A stretch of 64,000 bases of DNA from Sediminibacterium sp. (lineage in GTDB: Bacteria > Bacteroidota > Bacteroidia > Chitinophagales > Chitinophagaceae), in NCBI GenBank assembly GCA_040403925.1, contig JBBAJV010000006.1:341-64340 (forward strand), in the 5' to 3' direction. The position numbers were made by a program, and so were the translations under genes. Shown here piece after piece: positions 48,082 through 57,361 of this stretch. The notes under the pieces are model-generated. The model worked only from the letters and a program-made list of their open reading frames with translations. It was not told the origin of the DNA and ran no database searches. Every line of letters begins with the position of its first letter. The first letter of the stretch is position 1.

Positions 48082-50052
48082 ATGGTACAAAATTCAGGGC
48101 ATACCCACAAATTTTCAGTTGCAGGCTTATTAGTTACTTTAGGAATTATTTACGGTGATATCGGAACCTCTCCTTTGTATGTATTTAGTACAATCATTAA
48201 TCACAAAGTAATTACAGAACAATTAATCTACGGCGCAATCTCTTGTGTTTTTTGGACTTTAACATTACAGACTACTTTTAAATATGTGCTCTTAACACTT
48301 AGAGCAGACAATAGAGGTGAGGGCGGCATTTTTTCTTTGTTTGCATTAATTCGTCGTTATGTAAAATGGATTTATATCCCAGCAATCATAGGTGCAGCTA
48401 TGTTATTAGCTGACGGGATGATTACGCCACCCGTGTCTGTGTCTTCAGCTATTGAAGGATTAGCGGGCATTAAAGGTTTAGAAAAAATTATTGTACCTGG
48501 TAATAACTTAACAGTAGGTATTGTACTTGCCATTATCTCTTTACTTTTTTTCTTTCAACGTTTTGGTACAAAAATTATTGGATTTGCATTTGGTCCTATT
48601 ATGTTGATATGGTTCTCCATGATTACAATTTTAGGATTGATTCAGGTAATTGGTAATATCTCTATTCTTAAATCATTGAACCCTTATTATGGACTTGATT
48701 TATTATTAAACTACCCTAAAGGTTTTTGGTTATTGGGTGCTGTGTTTTTATGTACTACTGGAGCCGAGGCGTTGTATAGCGATTTAGGGCATTGCGGACG
48801 TAAGAATATTCAAGTAAGCTGGATGTTTGTAAAATTTGCCTTAGTGATGAGTTATATGGGACAAGGTGCTTGGTTATTAAATCATGTTGGCACTACTTCA
48901 AATGGCATTAACCCATTTTTTGAAATTATGCCTCATTGGTTTTTATTAATAGGTATTGGTATTGCCACTATTGCCACTATTATTGCCAGCCAGGCTTTGA
49001 TTAGTGGTTCTTTTACTTTAATTAACGAGGCCATTAGTTTAAATTTTTGGCCAAGGGTGACTGTAAAATTCCCAACCGATCAAAAAGGTCAAATTTATAT
49101 TCCTAGTTTAAACTTAATTCTTTGGGTAGGCTGTGTGACCATGCTACTTTATTTTAGAAAGAGTGAACACATGCTTGCTGCTTATGGTTTCTCCATTATT
49201 GTCACAATGATTATGACCACCATTTTAATTAATTTTTACATGTTAAATGTAAGAAGGTGGAATCGCTGGTTGGTAGCTTTTATCATTTTAATTTTTAGCA
49301 TTGTTGAAATCTCCTTTTTTGTAGCCAATGTGGTCAAAATTCATGAAGCATTGATCACGTTTATATTTTCTTTCAGTATGATTTTTGTGATGACGATATG
49401 GCATCGTGCGCGTAAAATTGCCAATCGTTATTTGGATTTTGTGAAACTAAATACCCATTTAGAACAACTATCCAACTTAAGTGCAGACAAAGATGTGCCA
49501 AAATATGCGACCCACTTGGTGTACTTAACTAAGGCAAATAATCACAGAGAAATTGAACATCGTATCATTGATTCTATTTTAAATAAGAAACCAAAGCGTG
49601 CAGATATTTATTGGTTCATTCATATTGATCGCACGGATTCTCCATATGGTATGTCTTATAGCATTCGTGAATTAATAGATGATAAAGTAATGCGTCTTGA
49701 TTTTAAATTAGGTTTCCGTATTCAGCCACGTGTGAATGTGTTGTTCAAGAAAGTGATGCAGGAATTAAATGAGTGTCAAGAATTAGGTATTTATAGTAGG
49801 TATGAATCTTTAAAACAAAAAGATTTCCACGCAGACATTACCTATGTAATTATTGAAAGCTTCTTCTCCATTGAAAATGAACTCTCCTTTAAAGAGGACT
49901 TTATTATGGATTTATATTTTAATATCAAGCAATTGTCACAAAGCGATCAGAAAGCTTTTGGCTTGGACAATGACATGACGATTGTGGAACATGTTCCTTT
50001 GATTATCAAGGCCAATGAGAACCTGCCATTAAAACGTACTTACGAGAATTAA
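48082..50052 (+). CDS. kup: KUP/HAK/KT potassium transporter
   Basis: GIIYGDIGTSPLY, GEGG.F.L, DGMITP, GAEALYSDLGH, GQIYIP. Confidence 0.95.
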   Translation: MVQNSGHTHKFSVAGLLVTLGIIYGDIGTSPLYVFSTIINHKVITEQLIYGAISCVFWTLTLQTTFKYVLLTLRADNRGEGGIFSLFALIRRYVKWIYIPAIIGAAMLLADGMITPPVSVSSAIEGLAGIKGLEKIIVPGNNLTVGIVLAIISLLFFFQRFGTKIIGFAFGPIMLIWFSMITILGLIQVIGNISILKSLNPYYGLDLLLNYPKGFWLLGAVFLCTTGAEALYSDLGHCGRKNIQVSWMFVKFALVMSYMGQGAWLLNHVGTTSNGINPFFEIMPHWFLLIGIGIATIATIIASQALISGSFTLINEAISLNFWPRVTVKFPTDQKGQIYIPSLNLILWVGCVTMLLYFRKSEHMLAAYGFSIIVTMIMTTILINFYMLNVRRWNRWLVAFIILIFSIVEISFFVANVVKIHEALITFIFSFSMIFVMTIWHRARKIANRYLDFVKLNTHLEQLSNLSADKDVPKYATHLVYLTKANNHREIEHRIIDSILNKKPKRADIYWFIHIDRTDSPYGMSYSIRELIDDKVMRLDFKLGFRIQPRVNVLFKKVMQELNECQELGIYSRYESLKQKDFHADITYVIIESFFSIENELSFKEDFIMDLYFNIKQLSQSDQKAFGLDNDMTIVEHVPLIIKANENLPLKRTYEN

Positions 50053-51515
50053 TCGATTACTTGGTACTTACTTAATTGATTTTGTTTTCCAACTGCCACA
50101 ATCCAAATTGGTTCAGATGCTGAGAGCGTTACACCTAGTGTATTTAAATTAAGTGACTTTGTCTCTTTTGGTAAGATTGCTAACACAAGATAACCTGTTT
50201 TGGTTTTATGAATCAATGCAAACTGTTTCAAAGTTGAAGCTGGGTTAGTATCGATGATGTTATAACTATTATCTTGTTGTTTGACTAGTTTTGGGCTAGC
50301 CATTTTATGTTGAACCAGCCATTCAATAGGTGCTATTAAAGCGGGTTGGTGGTAATAGGTATTTTGTAAGCTATCATTCCATCCATTGGCATTGGTTTTA
50401 AAACTAGCACTGTTAAAATAAATACCGCCATGGGTATTTTTTAAGGACCTCATTTTTTTAATTTGATTTGGAATCTCATTGGGAGATTTCCATGCGGTAT
50501 TACTTCCTGCTCTATAAATGCCATGACCCACATAAAAATTTTTACCATAACTATTTCTATTCCACCACTCAATCAATTCATTGTAATCAGCTAATGCATG
50601 ACCCTGCTCCCAATACAATTGTGGTGCTACATAATCAATCCAATCTTTTTCTAGCCACAATAAAATATCTGCATAGAGGTCGTCATAGTTGGTTGTTGCT
50701 TTTGTTTTACTGCCTCTTGGGTCTGTAGATTGATTCCTCCAAACACCAAATGGACTAATACCAAATTGTACACCTGGCTTGACTTTGTGAATGGTGGCAG
50801 ACAATTGTTTCACAATGGTATCGCAGTTGCTTCTTCTCCAGTCGTCCTTGCTTAAACCTCTTGCATTTTTTTGATAGGTCGATTCGTCTGGAAATTCTTT
50901 TCCTACAATTTTATAAGGATAAAAATAATCATCCATATGCACTGCATCAATATCATAACGTGCCACTAAATCACCCACTACTTTGTTGGTATGTTCCCAT
51001 ACTTCTGTTAGGCCAGGGTTAAAATATTTTTTATCACCGTAAGTTAAAAACCATTCAGGGTGGACTTTAGATAAATGCGTATTGGCAATACTTGATTTAT
51101 TGATATCAAATACCGCTCTATAAGGATTGATCCAAGCATGAAACTCCATACCAAGTTGGTGTGTGGCTTCTATCATAAAACTCAAAGGATCATAATAAGG
51201 ACTAGGTGCTTCACCTTGTTTACCCATTAGGTATTCACTCCATGGCTCTAAGGTGGATGGATATAAGGCATCTCCTGATGGTCTTACTTGCATGATGATG
51301 GCGTTCATCCCATTTTTCTGATGCATATCCAATAATGCTTCAAACTCCGCTTTTTGTACTTGACTACTCAATCCGGGTTTACTTGGCCAGTCGATGTTAA
51401 CGACTGTGGCAACCCATACTGCTCTAAATTCAAATACGTTTTTATCTGACAAACTTGGTTGTGCAGATACTGAAAATGGGATGGCAAATAAAAGTGCCAA
51501 TAAAATTTTATGCAT
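50049..51515 (-). CDS. Glycosyl hydrolase-like 10 (YddW/DigH-type, DUF187) secreted protein
   Basis: FRAVWVATV.NIDWPS, QVRP.GDA.Y, HAWINPY, HMDDYFYP, GISPFG, PQLYW. Confidence 0.88.
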   Translation of the reverse strand: MHKILLALLFAIPFSVSAQPSLSDKNVFEFRAVWVATVVNIDWPSKPGLSSQVQKAEFEALLDMHQKNGMNAIIMQVRPSGDALYPSTLEPWSEYLMGKQGEAPSPYYDPLSFMIEATHQLGMEFHAWINPYRAVFDINKSSIANTHLSKVHPEWFLTYGDKKYFNPGLTEVWEHTNKVVGDLVARYDIDAVHMDDYFYPYKIVGKEFPDESTYQKNARGLSKDDWRRSNCDTIVKQLSATIHKVKPGVQFGISPFGVWRNQSTDPRGSKTKATTNYDDLYADILLWLEKDWIDYVAPQLYWEQGHALADYNELIEWWNRNSYGKNFYVGHGIYRAGSNTAWKSPNEIPNQIKKMRSLKNTHGGIYFNSASFKTNANGWNDSLQNTYYHQPALIAPIEWLVQHKMASPKLVKQQDNSYNIIDTNPASTLKQFALIHKTKTGYLVLAILPKETKSLNLNTLGVTLSASEPIWIVAVGKQNQLSKYQVID

Positions 51516-51577
51516 AGCTGAAAAATAATGTTGTAAACAACTTAATAATGATTTTGAAAATAAGGCAATTGCTTTTT

Positions 51578-52039
51578 CTAAGAACCTGTATGTACCGTTC
51601 TTATTTTATCAAGGATTTGATTCATGGTGGCTGCTTCGGATGCATTGATCCCTTTTAATAAATCGTCTATACGATCATTGAACTGATCTAATTGATTCAC
51701 CAAATCAAGCCCTTTAGAAGAGAGGGTGATGTCTACCAATCTTTTATCTTTTTCGCAGGTATTTTTTAGGACCAATTCTTTTGCAATTAAACGATCTACA
51801 ATCCTACTCGTATCACTCATCTTATCCAACATGCGTTCTCTGATTTTAAGTGTGCTCAATGGTGTAGCACTTCCTCTTAAGATGCGCAGGATATTGTATT
51901 GTTGTTGTGTAACGCCTTCATCGGAAAGCAGTTTACCAATTTGTTCATTCAACCAATTTGCGGTGAAAAGGAGATTGATGCCCATCTTCTGAAACTCATT
52001 TCTGAAATTAGGTTGTTGTATATCTTGTTCTATCCCCAT
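51578..52039 (-). CDS. MarR family transcriptional regulator
   Basis: QQYNILRILRG, SDTSRIVDRL, D.R.V.I.L winged helix. Confidence 0.9.
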   Translation of the reverse strand: MGIEQDIQQPNFRNEFQKMGINLLFTANWLNEQIGKLLSDEGVTQQQYNILRILRGSATPLSTLKIRERMLDKMSDTSRIVDRLIAKELVLKNTCEKDKRLVDITLSSKGLDLVNQLDQFNDRIDDLLKGINASEAATMNQILDKIRTVHTGS

Positions 52040-52076
52040 TGGTGATCTTGTATTAGGTTACTGTTAAAAGTACAAA

Positions 52077-52451
52077 TTATTGTCTTTTTTTCCATAATTG
52101 ATATAGGGGCAATGCCAATAATACCCCTGCAGCATCTGCAATCATATCTTTTACTTCGAATCCTCTGCTTGGTACATACCATTTTTGGTAGTATTCCATC
52201 GCAATGCCATATACAATGCAAAATATCATAGCCCAGGCTTGTGCACGCACAGATTTAAGTGCTTGGATGGTGGATTGATCAAAAAAACAATAGAAGGCCC
52301 AGGCCAATGAACCAAAAAGAATCACATGCACTATTTTGTCAATTGGTAATAGATACAACCATCCAGTTCGATCTGTAAAGCTACTCCCAGGAAGGCTCAG
52401 CAATACAAATACGAGTGCGATTTCTGCGATCACCCAAATAAGGTATTTCAT
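52077..52451 (-). CDS. VanZ family membrane protein
   Basis: DKIVH..LFG, EYYQ...VP.R.F...D..AD. Start set at 52451 (MKYLIW). Confidence 0.8.
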   Translation of the reverse strand: MKYLIWVIAEIALVFVLLSLPGSSFTDRTGWLYLLPIDKIVHVILFGSLAWAFYCFFDQSTIQALKSVRAQAWAMIFCIVYGIAMEYYQKWYVPSRGFEVKDMIADAAGVLLALPLYQLWKKRQ

Positions 52452-52461
52452 AAAGGTTGGT

Positions 52462-52839
52462 TTAGTGCACCAACTGCGCATAGGCTTCGCTAGTAAGCAA
52501 TGCATCCACATCTGCTGGATTGCTTACAGTCATTTTAATCATCCAACCGTCTCCGTATGCATCGGTATTCACCAATTCTGGTTGAGCTGATAAAGCTGGA
52601 TTCACTTCTAAGACCGTGCCAGCGATTGGTAAAAATAAATCACTTACTGTCTTCACAGCTTCTACAGTTCCAAATACGGCTTCTGCAGCTAAAGTGCTTC
52701 CAATCGTATTGATGTCTATGTAGACAATATCTCCCAACTCGCCTTGTGCAAAGTCTGTGATACCAATCGTAGCGGTATTGCCTTCTAATTTAATCCACTC
52801 GTGGTCTTTTGTGTAGCGTAAGTCTGCTGGGAATTGCAT
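52462..52839 (-). CDS. gcvH: Glycine cleavage system H protein
   Basis: [27 protein letters not shown] (lipoyl Lys), YGDGW. Confidence 0.96.
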   Translation of the reverse strand: MQFPADLRYTKDHEWIKLEGNTATIGITDFAQGELGDIVYIDINTIGSTLAAEAVFGTVEAVKTVSDLFLPIAGTVLEVNPALSAQPELVNTDAYGDGWMIKMTVSNPADVDALLTSEAYAQLVH

Positions 52840-52894
52840 AGGTTATTTTTTTATTAGTGCAAATATTCATAAAAATTGGTAAAAAACCAATGGT

Positions 52895-53242
52895 CTAGAA
52901 CTGATTGTTATCAAAATAAAGTAAAACATGGTCTTTTAGGAAAACCTCTTGTTCTATCAAGTCCATCACAGGCAGGTTTTTGAGTTGTTTAAAATGGGGC
53001 CAGCCATCGCCATCCTTACCTTCAATCATATAAAAACTACTTGACATTAAAATGCTACAGATAGCCACATGCATCAAGTCCTGCTTTTGTTCCTTGCTAA
53101 TTTTTTCTTGTATAAAACCAGTTTCTTGTAAGCCTATTAAAAACAAAATCGACTCTAGATCTGGCTTTTTACCAAATTTATCCATCAATTTTCGTTCTAA
53201 ATCCCACCACCTGGTTTGTAAATCGTCCCCTATACTTGCCAT
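52895..53242 (-). CDS. Conserved-looking hypothetical protein
   Basis: LFLIGLQE.G..KQDLMHVAIC..DGWPHF. Start set at 53242 because a TACCTTTG -7 element at 53264-53271 overlaps the ORF-track start. Confidence 0.65.
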   Translation of the reverse strand: MASIGDDLQTRWWDLERKLMDKFGKKPDLESILFLIGLQETGFIQEKISKEQKQDLMHVAICSILMSSSFYMIEGKDGDGWPHFKQLKNLPVMDLIEQEVFLKDHVLLYFDNNQF

Positions 53243-53326
53243 AGAATTATTCAATTTATGTTGCAAAGGTAGGGGATATCTTTACTTAGTAGGATGGTTT
53301 GATTATCTTTACTCAAATTTCTCGAT

Positions 53327-54598
53327 ATGTTACAGGTAAGCTATTTAAGACAACATACCCAATTAGCGAAGGAGCTACTAGCCATCAAGCATTTTTCAAA
53401 TCTAGACCTAGTAGACCAAGTGATTGCAATGGATGACCAAAGAAAGCGTGTACAAGCCAGCTTTGATGACTTACAGTCCAAAGTGAATGCAGCATCCAAA
53501 GAGATAGGCCACCATATGGCGAAGGGAGAGAAAGAACAAGCAGAATCGATGAAGCAAAATGTTGGCGCTTGGAAATTAGCTTTAGAACCATTGAAAATAG
53601 AGATGACAGATGTGGAAGTAGCACTTCATAATTTAGTGGTGCAATTGCCCAATCTGCCACATGCTTTAGTACCAAAAGGAAAAACACCCGAAGAGAATGA
53701 ACTGGTGAAAGAAGCAGGTACCACACCGGTTTTACCAACAGGTGCAATGGCGCATTGGGACTTGATTAAAAAATACAATTTAGTAGACTTTGAAACTGGT
53801 GCTAAAATTACTGGAAGCGGTTTTCCTTTATATATTGGTAAGGGTGCTAAATTTCAAAGAGCACTTACACAATACTTTTTAGATTTTAATACTGCAGCAG
53901 GGTATACAGAATACCTTCCTCCTTACATGGTGAATGCAGCTTCTGCTTTTGCGACAGGACAATTGCCTGACAAAGAAGGTCAGATGTACCACGCGACAGA
54001 AGATGATTTTTATTTAATTCCAACAGCCGAAGTACCTGTAACCAATGTGTATAGAGATACGATTTTGAAAGACACAGATTTACCAATTAAGATGACGGCC
54101 TACTCACCATGTTTTAGAAGAGAAGCAGGTAGTTTTGGAAAAGAGGTAAGAGGATTGAATAGAGTGCATCAATTTGAAAAAGTAGAGATCATACAAATTG
54201 TACATCCAGATAAAAGTGATGAGACATTGAACGAGATGGTAGCACATGTCGAAAACTTATTAATCAGTTTAGGATTGCAATACCGTATTCTAAGATTATG
54301 TGGAGGAGACATGGGTTTTGCTGCTGCCATCACGTATGACTTTGAAGTGTACAGTGCTGCACAAGAAAAATGGTTGGAAGTAAGTAGCGTATCTAATTTC
54401 AACAATTACCAAACCTACAGAATGAAGTGTCGATTCAAAGACCAAGAAGGCAAAACGCAATTTGCGCATTCATTGAATGGTAGTTCATTGGCTTTACCAA
54501 GAATTTACGCTGCGATTGTAGAGAACTATCAAACCGAAACAGGTATCAATTTACCTGAAGTGTTAGCTCCTTATTTCGGCGCGAAGCAATTGATTTAA
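53327..54598 (+). CDS. serS: Serine--tRNA ligase
   Basis: LPNLP, LIPTAEVP, CFRREAGS, GLNRVHQFEKVE, EVSSVSNF, LNGSSLALPR. Confidence 0.97.
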   Translation: MLQVSYLRQHTQLAKELLAIKHFSNLDLVDQVIAMDDQRKRVQASFDDLQSKVNAASKEIGHHMAKGEKEQAESMKQNVGAWKLALEPLKIEMTDVEVALHNLVVQLPNLPHALVPKGKTPEENELVKEAGTTPVLPTGAMAHWDLIKKYNLVDFETGAKITGSGFPLYIGKGAKFQRALTQYFLDFNTAAGYTEYLPPYMVNAASAFATGQLPDKEGQMYHATEDDFYLIPTAEVPVTNVYRDTILKDTDLPIKMTAYSPCFRREAGSFGKEVRGLNRVHQFEKVEIIQIVHPDKSDETLNEMVAHVENLLISLGLQYRILRLCGGDMGFAAAITYDFEVYSAAQEKWLEVSSVSNFNNYQTYRMKCRFKDQEGKTQFAHSLNGSSLALPRIYAAIVENYQTETGINLPEVLAPYFGAKQLI

Positions 54599-54617
54599 AT
54601 AAAAGATTGATGATACT

Positions 54618-54648
54618 AAAAATGCCGCAAGCAATTGGGGCATTTTTT
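54618..54648. terminator. Bidirectional intrinsic terminator
   Basis: aaaaatgcc-g-caa-gcaa-ttg-g-ggcatttttt between convergent serS and the OMP gene. Confidence 0.75.
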
Positions 54649-54672
54649 ATTGATAAGCCTTGTAAGTTTTCT

Positions 54673-55815
54673 TTAAAATTTGCTAAACCTCAATCCAACT
54701 GCAAAAGGCTGCATATCTAAAATCCTTTGATTAATATCGATTATATTACTGTTTGCAAATGAGCCATAAAGCCTTATAGCACCTAGGCCTAGCTCACCAA
54801 TAGTAGCGAAACGCCAATCATTTAAATTAAAATTCCCACGATACTTTTCTTTTCCACGCTCTGCGCTAATTTGTTTATTCTTAGCATTCCACAAATAACC
54901 TGCACTCATACCGATACTCGCATAAAAAGCTTTTTTATTGGTAGGGTTAGGTGAAAAATTAATTTGTACTGGAACGGTTAAATATTTTACCAATAGTTTA
55001 TTCTTTGTAAAAGAGACTACATCCATTTTTATATTGGTTACAATATCTTCTCTGAAGCTAATAGGTTTATAGAATCTGAAATTGAACATTTCTACACCCA
55101 ATCCATATTTTAAATTAATCTTATGTTGGTATAGATTTAATTTTTGAGTCACCACCCATACATTTATATTCGTGGATTTCTTATTATTCAAGCTAAAGTT
55201 TTCAGGGGACATCACTGGTCCTGGATAAAATGGAAGGCTGTTAGGATTGGCTGCAAGCCAATATAGTGTTGGACTTTTGTCAATGAAATTCGCAAAGCCA
55301 AGATCAAAGATCCACCAATTGGTTTCAGTATTTTTTAGTTTTTTAGGTGCGCGATTTATGGTGATTTTAGTATTACCAAAGTCTCCCTCTTCAATCATCG
55401 ATTCCCAATCCTTCTTGTAGTTACTGTCTTGTGATTTAATAATTCGCAATCTACCTAATCTAACGGTATCCTCATTTACCGATAAGAAAGTATCCTTTGT
55501 TATTTTACCATCGGTGATATTGATATTAGTGCCATAAGGCTTTCTAATTCTTCTATTATAATTATAATTTCGTTCCCCTTGTATTTTTCCAATAACTACA
55601 TTGCCAATAGCAATTGTCCCTCTTGATTTATTATAATTTTGTTCGCCCTGCTTTTTTACAATTAGCATATTGCCAATGGCAATCGTATCACTCTCAATTT
55701 GAATACTATCTGATAATACTTTAGGACTGCTTCTTGAACTATCATTTTGTGCCAAGACGGGAAGGCTAAAGCCTATTAAAATGCTTAATGATAGCGGTAA
55801 AAATGTTTTTTTCAT
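54673..55815 (-). CDS. Outer-membrane beta-barrel protein (OMP_b-brl/porin family) with repeated N-terminal segment
   Basis: Signal peptide; YLTVPVQINF, GMSAGYL, C-terminal strand PFAVGLRF. Confidence 0.75.
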   Translation of the reverse strand: MKKTFLPLSLSILIGFSLPVLAQNDSSRSSPKVLSDSIQIESDTIAIGNMLIVKKQGEQNYNKSRGTIAIGNVVIGKIQGERNYNYNRRIRKPYGTNINITDGKITKDTFLSVNEDTVRLGRLRIIKSQDSNYKKDWESMIEEGDFGNTKITINRAPKKLKNTETNWWIFDLGFANFIDKSPTLYWLAANPNSLPFYPGPVMSPENFSLNNKKSTNINVWVVTQKLNLYQHKINLKYGLGVEMFNFRFYKPISFREDIVTNIKMDVVSFTKNKLLVKYLTVPVQINFSPNPTNKKAFYASIGMSAGYLWNAKNKQISAERGKEKYRGNFNLNDWRFATIGELGLGAIRLYGSFANSNIIDINQRILDMQPFAVGLRFSKF

Positions 55816-55817
55816 GT

Positions 55818-56792
55818 CTATTTTTCTTTTTCTGATTTATTTCTTTTTAGTAAAGCTGAAACCCTTCTAGTAATGCCTCTAAAGGCAGCACCATCGATTT
55901 CGAAATTGGCGATGAATATAGTTCTGTTTGGATCTTCTGTATCAATGACTTCATAAGTAGTAGATGCTTTATCGTCTGATGTGGTTTCCGCTACTGCATT
56001 AATGGCCATTGGATTGTAATAGGTACTTGGTAGTTGACTAATAACAGTTTGGGTTCGTAAGATGACATTATAAAGAGTAGGTTCAGCGATTGCAATAGTT
56101 GCATTTTGATTCGTCTTAGCAATTTCTAATTCACTAGTATTCAATTTTTCTAGAATTAAAAGTGCTTGTTTTGTTTTTGTAAGGGGTTCTATATTACTTG
56201 CAAGTTGTTGCTTATTTGAATTGCTGACTTCAGTTTCACCTTGCCCTGTTGACTCTGTTGACTCTGTTGAAACCTTTGGAACTAATACTTTATTTGAATT
56301 TGTTGCAAGACTATTAGATATGGGTGCATTTGCTGCTAGCGAATTTGCTGCTGGTTCTTTTATCAATTGCTGATAGCCCAAGAAAATCATCAAACAAGCA
56401 GCAATGGCTGCATATGTGAATTTTTGTTGACTGAATCCAAATGGCTTTAGAACAATGCCTTCTTTAGCTGCCTCTTTTTTCAAAGCATTTTTAAATGGGG
56501 TAGATAATCCTGGAATCTCCTCCATGTTGGCTTTCAACATAGTTGAATAAGTTTGATCCCAATCTTTCTCTAGAACTTCTAAACTTGTTTCTGCTTGCTG
56601 CTTTAGATTTTCCTTAAATGGATATTGAATCTTATCTGAACTAAGCACGGTTGCTTTGAGCGCTTCCATTTCTAATGCATAGCTTGGGTTGTCTGCAATA
56701 AACACCTCTACCTCCAATCTTTCTTTGGGGCTTAACTCCTTGTCGATGTACAACAAGAAAATGGTTTCATATGTAGATTCGTTCAGTTGCAT
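55818..56792 (-). CDS. Putative membrane-spanning anti-sigma factor
   Basis: N-terminus YE..FLLYID.ELS..E...VE.F, single TM (AAIAACLMIFLG), low-complexity periplasmic part; TAATG-coupled to the ECF sigma gene. Confidence 0.68.
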   Translation of the reverse strand: MQLNESTYETIFLLYIDKELSPKERLEVEVFIADNPSYALEMEALKATVLSSDKIQYPFKENLKQQAETSLEVLEKDWDQTYSTMLKANMEEIPGLSTPFKNALKKEAAKEGIVLKPFGFSQQKFTYAAIAACLMIFLGYQQLIKEPAANSLAANAPISNSLATNSNKVLVPKVSTESTESTGQGETEVSNSNKQQLASNIEPLTKTKQALLILEKLNTSELEIAKTNQNATIAIAEPTLYNVILRTQTVISQLPSTYYNPMAINAVAETTSDDKASTTYEVIDTEDPNRTIFIANFEIDGAAFRGITRRVSALLKRNKSEKEK

Positions 56793-57281
56793 TAAGATGC
56801 TGTTGGCGCGTAAGCGGATAATTTATTTTTTAAAATCAATCGAGCTCTATGTAAATATACTTTTACTTGACTCTCAGATAAGTGCATGATCTCTCCAATC
56901 TCTTGGTAGCTATACCCTTCATAATCTTTCAGTAAAACAAGGCTTTTTTGGATTGGATTTAATTCGTTGACTGCATGCGTTAAAATCCGCTTCAATTCTG
57001 CGTCCTGCTGCACAATCTTTTGATGCGGTATGGCGGTCTCCTCTGACAAAGGCATTTTATTGGTTTTACGAATATGGTCAATCATTTGATGATAAGCCAC
57101 CGTAAATAAATAAGACTTTGCTTTTTCTGGAAGGACCCGCTCTCTGTTCACCCATAATTTTTCAAAAGCGGATTGGACAATATCCTGTGCATCTTCTGTA
57201 TGTCGAATATTTTTTTACAATAAATCGATATACGCCGTCGGCAAAATTATCTACACAATCATTGTAAGCTTTATCCGTCAT
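56792..57281 (-). pseudogene. ECF sigma-70 factor interrupted by a +1 frameshift in an A7 tract (pseudogene, phase-variable gene or sequencing error)
   Basis: ATG 57281 gives MTDKAYNDCVDNFADGVYRFIVK; after the A7 run (T7 at +57210-57216) the sigma2 sequence NIRHTEDAQDIVQSAFEKLW..YLFTVAY continues in the next frame into sigma4 (YSYQEIGEIM..SESQVKVYLHRAR). 57281-57151=130, which is not a multiple of 3. Confidence 0.85.
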
Positions 57282-57311
57282 CTCTTTGGTTTAATCCTTG
57301 TTTGATAGGTT

Positions 57312-57338
57312 AAACGTGGGCAAAGATAAAAAGTTACA
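57312..57338 (-). promoter_or_regulatory. ECF-type promoter with a nested sigma70 -7 element upstream of the ECF gene
   Basis: TGTAAC(57338-33)-N16-CGTTT(57316-12); the spacer contains TATCTTTG (57328-21). Confidence 0.62.
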
Positions 57339-57361
57339 GTGAAATGGCTATTTTTTAGCGA

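Noticed and set aside
22462-54648. Two terminators sharing aaaaatgcc..gcaa..ggcattttt as a repeat family
   Set aside because: Short GC stems with GNRA loops and A/T tails are expected to converge; too little shared sequence.
56246-56270. 9-bp tandem repeat (ctgttgact) in the anti-sigma gene, and the similar attgccact repeat in kup at 48961
   Set aside because: In-frame, under 3 copies, and encoding low-complexity or conserved residues (STESTES, IATIAT); no evidence of a contingency locus.
56792-57151. 119-aa ORF as a complete small sigma or anti-anti-sigma protein
   Set aside because: It is only the 3' part of the frameshifted ECF gene; the GTG start lies in the middle of region 2.
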